Positions 1 to 15,800 of a stretch of DNA of 64,000 bases are shown here, one piece after another. This DNA comes from the human T2T-CHM13v2.0 reference genome, Homo sapiens. The DNA lies in NCBI RefSeq assembly GCF_009914755.1, contig NC_060935.1; one strand, written 5' to 3'. The position numbers and the translations under genes were made by a program. Numbering within the stretch: the first letter of the stretch is position 1; each line of letters begins with the position of its first letter. The notes under the pieces were generated by a model that was not told the DNA's origin, ran no database searches, and was given only the letters and a program-made list of their open reading frames with translations.

Positions 1-1279
1 ATGAATTTTGGAGGGACACAAATATTCAGACCACAGTAAGCCATGACTAATGCACACAGAAAACTGAAGTTTCAGGATGTATTTGCTCTCATTCCTCTCC
101 ATCAACTCAATGGCAGCTGTCAGAAGGCTCTCAGACTTGAATGGGCCTTAATCCCATCTTTGTCTTCTGTTGATCGGTCCAAGTCAGGCATTTTATTGGG
201 CCTTTGTCTCCCAAAGCTTGTTAAAATCCTAACTCTTGGAGCAGTTGGTTTTTCTGCCCTTGCGGTGCTCTGAATTTCTGGATCCATCTCTCTGTTCACT
301 TTCATCTCTGCTTGTAAGCTGGGCCTTCTTTCTCAAGCTGGTCTCCGTCTCGTGTTGCGGGACCTAACACAAAACTCGCAATGTGGTGTTTTCCCACTTC
401 GCCCCTTGTGCTCCTGGCTGAGCCTTCTTGTATTCAGCCTGCCAGGTCACCAGGAGTGATTTTAGCAAGTTTGCTGCTCCAGCTCCACCAAGTCCCCATC
501 ACTCGGGCCCCCGGTGCCTGCTCTCTTGGCAGCAGCTGGGTTTGGGGGTTCCGACTGCTACCACAATACAGCCTGGCCTGTCCTGACTAATACAGAAGCA
601 GGCTCTGTGAAGGAGGGTGCTGCCATAAGAAGAAACGCAAATTAACACGTATCTACACAGTCTCCGTGGTGCACAACAGTCAGCTTTTCCTGCTTATGTG
701 TCTGGGCTCTGCTTGACTGATCTTGGCTGGGTGCATTCCCAAGACAGCAAGTCGTGGCTGGCCTCGGGCACAGGAAAGGGCGAGAGACTGGGGTCACAGA
801 TACAATCTAGCATAGGGGGACAGATAACTCAATGTTTAAATTCATAGGGTGCTGGACCAAGAGAGGGCATATCCAAACCTGATGTGCTCATCCATCGGAG
901 ATGCTGGGTCTGGAGAGGGTGTAGTGACTGGGTGGACTTTGGCAGGTCAACAGAGGGGTGGATGGCGGAACAGACGATACCATGTGTTCACCACACTGTT
1001 TCTTCCTCCTAGGCAAATGGAAAGACTGCATTTCCCAGTCACCTCTATGGTTAGTGTGGTTGCATGAGGGTCATGTGACCGAGTTCTGACCTGTGGGATA
1101 TGGGAGGAAGCAACGTAAGCTACTTCCCAATCGCCCTTCCCTTTCCAAGGTGACCTTACAGGACACACGTTCCCAAAGTCAGCTCAAAGATGAAGAGTCA
1201 CTTGACCACCATATGCAAGTGAAAAATAACCCCGAGACCTCAGGGGGTATTTGTTAACTGCAACGTAGCCTACTTTCAA

Positions 1280-1420
1280 AGCATGGTTCCTGGACCAGCT
1301 GCATCACCCGGGAATGCGGTAGAAATGCAGATTCTCAGGCCCTGCCCAGGCCTCCCAAATTAAGGATGCTGGGGTGGAGCCTAGCAATCTGCATCTAAAA
1401 AGCTCTCCAGGGCAATCTGA
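1280..1420. mobile_element. MER5A-like hAT MITE
   Basis: AGAAATGCAGATTCTCAGGCCC...GCAATCTGCAT motif. Confidence 0.7.
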
Positions 1421-1431
1421 AGGCTGTTCCT

Positions 1432-1793
1432 GGCCAGGCACAGTGGCTCATGTCTGTAATCCCAGCACTTTGGGATTACTTGAGAGGACCTTCTTGCCGT
1501 GTCCTCACATGGCAGAAAATGAAAGGGCACACAGGGGGATCGAGGCGGGTGGATCACTTGAAGTCAGGAGTTGGAGACAAGCCTGGCCAACATGATGAAA
1601 CCCCATCTCTATTAAAAATACAAAAATTAGCCAGGTGTGGTGGTGCATGCCTATAGTCCTAGCTACTCAGGAGGCCGAGGCAGGAGAATTGCTTGAACCC
1701 AGGAGGTGGAGGTTGCAGTGAGCCGAGATCGTACCACTACGCTCCCGCCTGGGCGACAGAGCCAGATTCCATCTCAAAATAAATAAATAAATA
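1432..1793 (+). mobile_element. AluS with a ~60-bp foreign insert in the left arm
   Basis: Full Alu with (AAAT)n tail; TSD AAGGCTGTTCC at 1420-1430 and 1794-1804. Confidence 0.9.
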
Positions 1794-2559
1794 AAGGCTG
1801 TTCCAACTATATAGGAGTTCAGGATACTGGCAAGGGTGTGATTAAAGTGAAGGACCAGGTGTTCCCAGCTGTGCAGGCAAAGAAGTGCAGTGAGGAAAGC
1901 ATGCAGTACGGCTGCGTAGAGCACTCCCAGCAAAGCAGGTGGGCAAAGCAAACACACAGGGCCTGGAGGTGTGGAAGGGGTGCAAGGTTTGGACTTTAAA
2001 TCTCAGAGAGGAAGCAACCCAAAATTAAAGAGACCCCAGGGATGGTGATGGGCACAGTGGGGCAGATGAAGTTCACTGGACAGGGGAGGTCAGGGGCCTA
2101 GGGGCCGTGGTGTGGGGTTGCTTGTCCCAGCTGGGATGGACACAGGAATTGGGCTGGAGAAGATGTACATGAGGTGGTCTTGTCTAAACCCTGCACATCC
2201 AGCTCCAAGCATGCAGGTAAATTCCCCCGGAACCAACTCCCATGCCAACGTCAGACTCGAACAAGTCCAAGGATGCTGAGTAACAGTCAGGGTTCTCCAG
2301 AGAAACCGAGCCAGTAAGATGTGTACATACACACAGAGAGAGATTATTGTAAGGACTTGGCTCACACAATTACAGAGGCTGAGCAGTCCCAAGATCCGTA
2401 GTTGGGAACCTTGGAGACCCAGGAGGGCTGATGGTGTAAGCTCCCGTCTGAAAGGCAGCAGGCTCAAGACCCAAGGAGAGCCAATGTTTCAGTTTGAGTT
2501 TGAAGACAGGAAAAAACCAATGTCCCAGCTCACCCAGGTAAGAGGACTTCCCTCTTATT

Positions 2560-2979
2560 TGTCACGCGCCTCTGTGTGAAGAGACCACCAAATAGGTTTT
2601 GTGTGAGCAATGAAGCTTTTTAATCACCTGGGTGCAGGCAGACTGGGTCCAAAAAAGGAGTCAGCAAAGGGAGATAGGGGTGGGGCAGTTTTATAGGATT
2701 TGGGTAGGTAGTGGAAAATTACAGTTAAAGGGGGTTTTTCTTTTGTGGGCAGGGGCGGGGGGTTACAAAGTGCTCGGTGGGGACCTTCTGATACTCATTG
2801 ACCAGGAGAAGGAATTTCACAAGGTCAATTGACTAGTTAGGGTGGGGCAGGAACAAATCACCATGGTGGAATGTCATCAGTTAAGGCAGCAACTGTCTAC
2901 TTTCACTTCTTTTGTGGTTCTTCAGTTGCTTCAGGCCATCTGGATGTATACATGCAGGCTTGGGCTCAGAACCCTGACA
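2560..2979 (-). mobile_element. Solo HERV-H LTR, LTR7C-like
   Basis: TGTCAC...CTGACA termini and similarity to the other LTR7s. No clean TSD visible. Confidence 0.85.
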
Positions 2980-3050
2980 CCACTCAGCCATTTTGTTCTA
3001 TGCAGGCCTTCAGTGGGTGGGATGAGGCCCTCTAGAAAATAAAAGGTTTC

Positions 3051-4849
3051 GCTCTCCCTCTCCCTCTCCTTCTCCCTCTCCGTCTCCCTCTCCCTCTCCC
3101 CACGGTCTCCCTCTCATGCGGAGCCGAAGCTGGACTGTACTGCTGCCATCTCGGCTCACTGCAACCTCCCTGCCTGATTCTCCTGCCTCAGCCTGCCGAG
3201 TGCCTGCGATTGCAGGCACGCGCCGCCACGCCTGACTGGTTTTGGTGGAGACGGGATTTTGCTGTGATGGCCGGGCCGGTCTCCAGCCCCTAACCGCGAG
3301 TGATCCGCCAGCCTTGGCCTCCCGAGGTGCCGGGATTGCAGACGGACTCTCGTTCACTCAGTGCTCAATGGTGCCCAGGCTGGAGTGCAGTGGTGTGATC
3401 TCGGCTCACTACAACCTACACCTCCCAGCCGCCTGCCTTGGCCTCCCAAAGTGCCGAGATTGCAGCCTCTGCCCGGCCGCCACCCCGTCTGGGAAGTGAG
3501 GAGTGTCTCTGCCTGGCTGCCCATCGTCTGGGATGTGAGGAGCCCCTCTGCCTGGCTGCCCAGTCTGGAAAGTGAGGAGCGTCTCCGCCCGGCCGCCATC
3601 CCATCTAGGAAGTGAGGAGCGCCTCTTCCCAGCCGCCATCACATCTAGGAAGTGAGGAGCGTCTCTGCCCGGCCGCCCATCGTCTGAGATGTGGGGAGCG
3701 CCTCTGACCCGCCACCCCATCTGGGATGTGAGGAGCGCCTCTGCCCGGCCGAGACCCCGTCTGGGAGGTGAGGAGCGTCTCTGCCCGGCCGCCCCGTCTG
3801 AGAAGTGAGGAGACCCTCTGCCTGGCAACCACCCCGTCTGAGAAGTGAGGAGCCCCTCCGCCCGGCAGCTGCCCCGTCTGAGAAGTGAGGAGCCTCTCCG
3901 CCCGGCAGCCACCCCATCTGGGAAGTGAGGAGCGTCTCCGCCCGGCAGCCACCCCGTCCGGGAGGGAGGTGGGGGGGGTCAGCCCCCCACCCGGCCAGTC
4001 GCCCCATCTGGGAGGGAGGTGGTGGGGGTCAGCCCCCTGCCCGGCCAGTCGCCCCATCCGGGAGGGAGGTGGGGGGGTCAGCCCCCAGCCCGGCCAGCCG
4101 CCCCGTCTGGGAGGTGAGGGGCGCCTCTGCCCGGCCGTCCCTACTGGGAAGTGAGGAGCCCCTCTGCCTGGCCAGCCACCCCGTCCGGGAGGGAGGTCAG
4201 GGGGTCAGCCCCCCGCCCGGCCAGCCGCCCCGTCCGGGAGGTGAGGGGCGCCTCTGCCCGGCCGCCCCTACTGGGAAGTGAGGAGCCCCTCTGCCCTCTG
4301 GGCCCGTCTGGGAGGTGTGCCCAACAGCTCATTGAGAACAGGCCAGGATGACAATGGCGGCTTTGTGGAATAGAAAGGTGGGAAAGGTGGGGAAAAGATT
4401 GAGAAATCGGATGGTTGCCGTGTCTGTGTAGAAAGAAGTAGACATGGGAGACTTTTCATTTTGTTCTGCACTAAGAAAAATTCTTCTGCCTTGGGATCCT
4501 GTTGATCTGTGACCTTACCCCCAAACCTGTGCTCTCTGAAACATGTGCTGTGTCCACTCAGGGTTAAATGGATTAAGGGCGGTGCAAGATGTGCTTTGTT
4601 AAACAGATGCTTGAAGGCAGCATGCTCGTTAAGAGTCATCACCAATCCCTAATCTCAAGTAATCAGGGACACAAACACTTCGGAAGGCCGGAAGGCCGCA
4701 GGGTCCTCTGCCTAGGAAAACCGGAGACCTTTGTTCACTTGTTTATCTGCTGACCTTCCCTCCACTATTGTCCCATGACCCTGCCAAATCCCCCTCTGTG
4801 AGAAACACCCAAGAATTATCAATAAAAAAATAAATTAAAAAAAAAAAAA
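3051..4849 (+). mobile_element. Full-length SVA, most likely human-specific SVA_F
   Basis: (CCCTCT)n hexamer, Alu-like domain, GC-rich VNTR (~3470-4310), SINE-R, AATAAA and poly(A). Shows recalled SVA_F-type motifs CTCATGCGGAGCCGAAG, GGTTTTGGTGGAGACGG and CCAATCCCTAATCTCAAGTAATC. Confidence 0.93.
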
Positions 4850-6395
<1,546 letters not shown>

Positions 6396-6477
6396 AGAAA
6401 ATAAAAGGTTTCCACTTTCAAAGTTCCCCTTCTTGTTAAAGAATGAATCATAAGTGTTAGAAATAACAGTTTCTTTT

Positions 6478-7139
<662 letters not shown>

Positions 7140-10124
7140 AACAGTTTCTTTTAAAGACTAACTTTCTTCAAGCCTCCTTGCTTTGTGCTAATAACTCTTT
7201 GTTAAGCTCTATCCTATGTAACTGTTGGACATGCTCACCAACATATTCCAGCGCACAGCCTATGCCCCTTCCTTATTTGGTGATGTTATTGCCTCCTGAG
7301 ACTTTTCATAAGCAACTTATTTGTTCTTCCCTGCACTTACCTATTTAGGAAAGTTTCAGGTTATTAGCAAATCGGGTATCACTTTAAGATTGTGAGGTCC
7401 CACTCCAGCCAATGGATGCAGGACATAGCAGTAAGGACAACCCAAATGCGTAAGGGATAAATACATCTGCTTTTCCTTTGTTCAGGTGTGCTCTCACCAT
7501 TGTTCCATCTGCGACTGAGCACCATTTCTGCAAAAAGTAAAGATGGCCTTGCTGAGAGATCTTTTGTCTCTGTGCTGACTTTTCTTCACGGCACTGATTA
7601 TCTTTTTCTAACAATTTTGGTGGCAATTGTATGGGGATATACTTTCCTCCAGGGGCGTCTCTAGTCCTCTCTCACGAGGGGGCACTCCGCTGCCTCTTGC
7701 AGTGGCCTCAGGGGTAAGGGACCGAGACCCATCCGGTGTGACCAATAAACCCGGACTCTCAGCAATGTGGAAAGAAACTGGCCAACAACCTGGGGTAAAG
7801 GATCCTCACATACCGAGGTGACGACTCTGTGCACAGACCAACGAAGGAGAAGCCACGGGAGCCGGTAAAGTACTTCTTGGTGGTCAGATTCTGGGAGGCT
7901 GAATGTGTGTGTGCACGTGAATGATCACAGACAACCCTGCTTGCGGTGTTGTGTGGATGGTGACAAATCCTACTGCTGGACGGAGTGTTTGGGTCCTCTC
8001 TGTGCTTCCAGAGCAACCTCAGATGGCTTAGGGCAGATCCTGCCATGGGATTTATACTGGCACGCCAACTCTAAGAGGGGCCTAGCTCTCCCTTGGGGGA
8101 GTGGCCAGAGAGGACAACACAAGTGGGAAGTGTGCAAGGGACCTTCAGAGGGGGAAAGGGAGGAAACAGGTCAACCTCTCACGGCAGCAAGGCAAGACAC
8201 CCCCTGGTTTGAGGGGGTCTTCTGCAAATTTCAGGGAGTTGAACCTCATACAAACCTCCGGTAGTAAGAAAAATATTCAGAGTTCTCCTTTCCCTTCTTC
8301 TCGGGGGAAGAAAGAGGCTAAGCTCCACTCCGCTTGTCCCTTCCCTAGGGGAAGGGGAAGGAGAAGGGAGAATAGCAGCATAAGCGACTGGCAGAGGCAG
8401 GGAAAGACCGGCAGAAAGGAAAGAGAAACTGGGAGAGGAAGTCAGAGAGAGAGAGAGACAAAGAGGGAGTCAAAGAGAGAGAAAGAGAGAGACAGAGAGT
8501 CAGAGAGAGAGAAAGAGAGAGACAGAGACAAAGAGGGAGTTAGAGAGAGAAAAAGAGAGACAGAGAGTAAGAGAGAGAGAGTCAGAGAGAGAGAAAGAGA
8601 AGTAGTAAAGAGAAAACAGTGTACCCTATTCCTTTAAAAGCCAGGGTAAATTTAAAACCTATAATTGATCATTGAAGGTCTTCTCTGTGACCCTAGAACA
8701 CTCCAATACTGCCTGTAAAGAAGCAAGACGAGTCACACCAGTGAGTGCAAGACCCTAGAGCTATTAACCAGTTAGTCCAAACTACCCACCCTGTTGTTAC
8801 AGTAATAGATGTAAAAGATGCCTTCTGGGCTTGTCCATTTGCAGAGGACAGCCAGGACCTATATGCCTTTGAGTGAGAAGACCCTCACTCCGGTGGAAAA
8901 TGGTAATACCAATAGACGGTCTTACCCCAAGGGTTTACGGAGTCTCCAAATTTATTTGGTCAAATATTCAAATAAGTCATTTAATTAGCAAAGGTAAACA
9001 GAAAATTGAGCTTGAATGGATTGAAGGCATCACATTCTTGCCTCTGCTGGAGACTAAATAAGAGCTTAGAAAATTTTGGGATTAGTTGTATGGATACCGT
9101 CGTCTATGGGTAGACTCATGCCCTAAAAACAAAACTCTTACACAAAAAGCTCACACGAGACAGACCAAACCCCCTCATGTGGCAATTACCAGAAATCCAA
9201 CAGGTGGGAAGGTTAAAACATCTATTAGTAACTGCCCCTGTCCTAGCTTTACTCTACTTAAGCAGCCATTCCACCTTGTTGTTGGTGTAAACAACGGCGT
9301 AGCCCAAAAACACTGAGGCCACTGACAACCCATAGCCTTCCTAATCAAAAATCCTTAACCCAGTAACCCGCGGATGGTCCAAATGCATTCAATCTGTAGC
9401 AGCAACTTCTTTGCTGACAGAAGAAAGTAGAAAAATAACTTTGAGAAGAAACCTCATTGTGAGCACACCTCACCAGGTCAGAACTATCCTAAGTCAAAAA
9501 AAAAAAAAAAAAAAAAGAAAAGCAAAAAGGTAGCTTACTAACTCAAAAAATTTAAAATATGAAGCGATTCTGTCAGAAAAAGATGATTTAACATTAACCA
9601 CTGATCATTCCCTTAACCCAGCAGGTTTGCTAACAGGGGATCTAACTCTTAATGAATTACCATACAAAGGTCCAACCAGACCTAGAAGGAACTCCCTTCA
9701 AGACAGGACAATAGATGGTTCCTCCCAGGTGAATGAGGGAAAAAGCCACAATGGGTATTCATTAAGTAATGGGGAAATAGGAGTAGAGTTAGGAAAATTG
9801 CCTAGGAGTTGGGGAGTTGTTTGCACTGAGCCAAGCCTTAAGATACTGACAGAATCAGGAAGGAGTCATTGTGAAAAGTGAAGTAGAGTTTCCTCCTCAA
9901 AAGACTTTCCTCCCCATCTAATCAGGAATAAATAGTAACTTCTCTTAGTAGCAAAATGTATTCAAAGACCAGCGCTAACATTCTTAAATATCTGCTAGAC
10001 GTAATAAAGAAATCAATGTACTTTATGTCCTTAGCTCCCACAATTTAGTCTAAATGTTTGCTCTGGCATGCTTATACTGGTCCAGGCAAGCATTAGGTCC
10101 TATCCTGTTCCTCTTCCTTGTTTG

Positions 10125-10556
10125 TGTCTCACATGTCCGTGTGAAAAGACCACCAAACAGGCTTTGTGTGAGCAACAAGGCTGTGTATTTCACCTGGTTG
10201 CAGGCGGGCTGAGTCCGAAAAGAGAGTCAGCAAAGGGTGGTGGATTATCATTAGTTCCTACAGGTTTTGGGGTAGGCGGTTGGGTTAGGAGCAATGTTTT
10301 GCCAGCAGGGGGTGGATCTCGCAGAGTACATTCTCAAGGGTGGGGAGAATTACAACGAACCTTCTTAAGGGTTGGGGAGATTACAGAGTACATTGATCAG
10401 TTAGGGTGGGGCAGAAACAGATCACAATGGTGGAATGTCATCAGTTAAGGCTATTTTCACTTCTTTTGTGGATCTTTGGTTGCTTCGGGCCATCTGGATG
10501 TATACGTGCAGGTCACAGGGGATATGATGGTTTAGCTTGGGCCCAGAGGCCTGACA
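10125..10556 (-). mobile_element. Solo HERV-H LTR, LTR7B-like
   Basis: Reverse complement of TGTCAGGCCTCTGGGCCCAAGCTA...; TSD GTTTG at 10120-10124 and 10557-10561. Confidence 0.9.
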
Positions 10557-10674
10557 GTTTGAAGGTGTTTTTACCTTTCTCAGCATTCCACGAGTTACTT
10601 CTTCCTTTGTTCTCCTCTGCCTTTGCCTCTTTTAAAAAGTTCTAAGTTGCTAGCCAGTCGGGACAAATGCAGAA

Positions 10675-11129
10675 TGTCAGGCCTCTGAGCCCAAGCTAAG
10701 CCATCGCATCCCCTGTGACTTGCACGTATATACGCCCAGATGGCCTGAAGTAACTGAAGAATCACAAAAGAAGTGAATATGCCCTGCCCCACCTTACCTG
10801 ATGACATTCCACCACAAAAGAAGTGTAAATGGCCGGTCCTTGCCTTAAGTGATGACATTACCTTGTGAAATCCCTTCTCCTGGCTCATCCTGGCTCAAAA
10901 ATCTCCCCCACTGAGCACCTTGCGACCCCCCACTCTGCTCGCCAGAGAACAACTCCACTTTGACTGTAATTTTCCTTTATCTACCCAAATCCTATAAAAC
11001 GGCCCCACCCTTATCTCCCTTCGCTGACTGTCTTTTCGGACTCAGCCCGCCTGCACCCAGGTGAAATAAACAGCCGCGTTGCTCACACAAAGCCTGTTTG
11101 GTGGTCTCTTCACACGGACGCGCGTGAAA
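10675..11129 (+). mobile_element. Solo HERV-H LTR7 (type I)
   Basis: TGTCAGGCCTCTGAGCCCAAGCTAAGCC...CACACGGACGCGCGTGAAA. TATA-like CCTATAAAA at ~10991 and AATAAA at ~11065. TSD CAGAA at 10670-10674 and 11130-11134. Confidence 0.93.
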
Positions 11130-14100
11130 CAGAATGTGAGGTCCCGTTCCAGCCAATGGAAACCAGACACAGCAGTAGGGTGGACGCGTCAGGTTATAAA
11201 TGACCCTGTCTCCTTTGCTCGGTGTACTCTCGTGGCAAAACTGCTGCCGAGTGTACCCTTTCTACAGAAAGTATAAAAATGACCTTGCGTAGGAAATTAA
11301 ATTTATGTTCAAGTGCCATTTCTTTATGGCACCGGGGAGCAAGCATTTCAAACATCATTTGTACCAATTCTAAGTTAAATTTGGACTAAACAAGGTCTTA
11401 TTAATAGCAAAGGATAATTGAAATCCCAAACTTACAAGGTTTTCAACAAAAGTAAAGTTTGCTAAAAGTTAACAGTATAACATGTATTATCCTAACTTCT
11501 AATGTTGTGACCTTAGGCTGTCTAGTCCACAGACATAAAGGAAGTTCGCTTTGGAAAAGAATGGTTATCATCTTTGAGAGAAAAAAAATTGTTTCGAAGG
11601 TTTAAGCAAGTTTTGAAATATTCATTGTAAAGGAAACATATTGGCTAAAGTTAAAGGGGTATCTTCCAGTTTTTCTGTGAACTGGACATTAAAATAAAAG
11701 CCCAGTGGGTTTTTCTTAAAGCGCTAACCTGCTCTTTAACAAAAATTACAAAAGGTTAAAAATTATAAAAGTTTAAAAAAAGAGTCTGGAAATCTCACCT
11801 TGTGGTCAGACCTTAAAATTGGATACATATGTCTACAAGGTTTTATTAAAATGAAGTTTAACACGAATAACACACTAATGTAAAGGTGAAATTTAGCTGA
11901 TCTGGTATAAAATCACACAGGAAGCACTGTCAAATATAAAATGGTGTTTGGCTTTCTTTGGTCTAAAAACTAATAAAAATAGGTACTAAAGGAAATTTCT
12001 CAGCAAGAAGGCACTAAGGACTATAAAATCCACTGCTGATGTCCCCACCTTTAAAACAAAAGATCAATTTTTAGAAATGATATACTTGGTTTATCCTCCA
12101 CCCTTAAAACAAAAGGTCTTCTAGCACAGGCCCTGCCCTGAGAGTTTCCAGTACATCAGCACCAGCCTGGGGATCCCGTTCTCATCAAAGGGTGGAAAGA
12201 AGGGAAACTGGAGCCAGCCTGGGAAGGACCCTGCCTTGTGCTGCTGACTACCGAGATTGCTATTCGTACAACGGAAAGGGGGTGGACACGTCCCACCAGA
12301 GTCAAGCAAGCACCATTATCAACAGAATCATGGGCCATTGTTTCTGGATCAAGCCCTACCAAATTAAAGCTAAGGAAAGCTGAGTCTATCTCTTTCCTTT
12401 CCTTTCCTAACCCAGTGCCTATATCCATGACTATTCCTACCACTAGCAACTCTAACCCCACTTTAGAGAGTTTCTGTGGTTTGGGAGCAGAGGTCACTGG
12501 AAGGGATCCTATAGGCTTCAAGGTGCGCTTTGTTCTCCCTCCTCCACCTCCTACGACTGCCCCTTTCCCAAACCTACAACATCAAACTATGCCTCGCCTC
12601 ATGCCAAATGACACAAGCAAGTTCTTAGAAGTAGAAATAGGAGACCCAAGGCAAACCCTAGCCATTGAAAGAGGGTATAAAGACATAAATGCCGGTTAAA
12701 ACGGATTAAATATCCCGTTCGCACTTTAAGCAAAAGTGACCATTAAGCTTGTGGGCGCGGTAGGCCAGAGGCTCAGGATGCCTCCTTTCCACTGGGACGG
12801 TCCTCAAATCAAGCGGACATGGAGTGCGTGGTAGCTCTTTTCGAAGATTCCACCACCTGGAATAACGAATTGTGCCAAGCTCTTTCTCTGCTATTTCCTG
12901 AAGTTCAGTGCCCTGCGGGTCAGCCCCCGAGGGCCATCCAGCCTTCATCTTCCAAAACCAATTTTACCTCGTGTCTCCAACAACGAGGGGAAAAAACTTG
13001 GCATTCCTTGGAGACTTAAAAGGTTGCAGTAAAGTCAGGCACCTCCAAAAGCTGACCCATCGGTCTGCCCTTATTCATCCCTGAGTGGATGTATGGTGGT
13101 ATTATGGAGGACCTTTACTGGACACTCTGCCAAATAATGAGAGCAGTACTGATGCTGTAGTTCAGTTGGCTATCCCTTTTACTCTGGCATTTCATCAACC
13201 AGAAAAAAAAAAAAAAATGTAGCCTCAATTCTTACCTCTTTAACAACGCTAATAAGTATACTCTTTCTTCGTAGGTGTTATGTCGTACCATACATCCAGG
13301 AGTTCATCAAAACAACTAAGCCAAGACATGCTAAGAAAGTTTGAAGAGGAAAACTATACAGTAAAAGAGGAGGGAATTGTAGGAAGTAAAAAGTTTCTGC
13401 TTCAAAGTTCCCCTTCTTGTTAAAGAATAAATCATAAGTCTTAGAAATAATAGATTCTTTTAAAGACTAATTTTCCTCAAGCCTCCTTGCTTTGTGCTAA
13501 TAGCTCTTTGTTAAGCCCTATCCTATGTAACTGTTGGACATGCTCACAGACACATTCCAGCTCACAGCCTATGCCCCTTCCTTAATTGGAAATGTTATTG
13601 CTTCCTGAAACCTTTTGTAAGCAACTTCTTTGTTCTTCCTTGCACTTACCTATTTAGGAAAGTTTCAAATCGGGTATCAGTTTAAGATAGTGAGGTCCCA
13701 CTCCAGCCAATGGATGCAGGACACAGCAGTAAGGACAACCCAAATGCGTACGGGATAAATACATCTGCTTTTCCTTTGTTCAGATGTGCTCTCACCATTG
13801 TTCCATCTGCAGTTGAGCACCCTTTCTGCAGAAAGTAAAGATGGCCTTGCTGAGAGATCTTTTGTCTCTGTGCTGACTCTTCTTCGCAGCACCGATTATC
13901 TATTTCTAACAATTTTGGTATTTCTAACAGGCCCACACACACTGTGTGGGCCAAGCTGCTTCACTCAGTCCACTGATCAAATGCTCATCTCATCCTCACA
14001 GACACACCCAGGATACTGCTTGACCAAATATCTGGACAACCCATGGCCCAGTCAAGTCGACAGACCAAATGAACTGTCACAGACAGCTTCTGTCCTTGGA

Positions 14101-14429
14101 ACGGGGTGGGATTCCACGGACTCTCTCCCTTCACGTGGAGATGCTCAGTCAGCAAGCTGCCAGAAGTTCAGAGCTGGGGAAGATATAAAGAGGACTGGGC
14201 ATGGAAGCTGCAGGAACTAGTCAGGAACTGGGAGTACCTAGGAGTCAGCTCCTGAGTGTGCAGGATCATGGTGAAATAGAAAGTTAGAGAAGGAAGAGTG
14301 TGTCAATATCAGAGCATTGTCTTATAGCACAGGACTTAACCCTCTCCTAAGGTTCCAGAGAGACAGTGCCAAATCATCACTTGAGTGGTGCTTAGAAGCT
14401 TCAGGGCAAAAGAGCCAACCCTAAGTACA

Positions 14430-15799
<1,370 letters not shown>

Positions 15800-15800
<1 letters not shown>

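Larger units (their letters stand above)
9870..11354 (+). mobile_element. Solo LTR10C-like LTR inside the provirus, itself interrupted by two LTR7s
   Basis: TGTGAAAAG...TTTCAAACA termini; TCAT duplicated at 9866-9869 and 11355-11358. Confidence 0.75.

Noticed and set aside
3242-4645. Many overlapping 80-170 aa ORFs
   Set aside because: These are translations of the SVA VNTR and SINE-R, not genes.
8700-13300. HERV-IP10 pol/env coding capacity
   Set aside because: Multiple stops, large deletions and nested LTR insertions; only short motifs survive.
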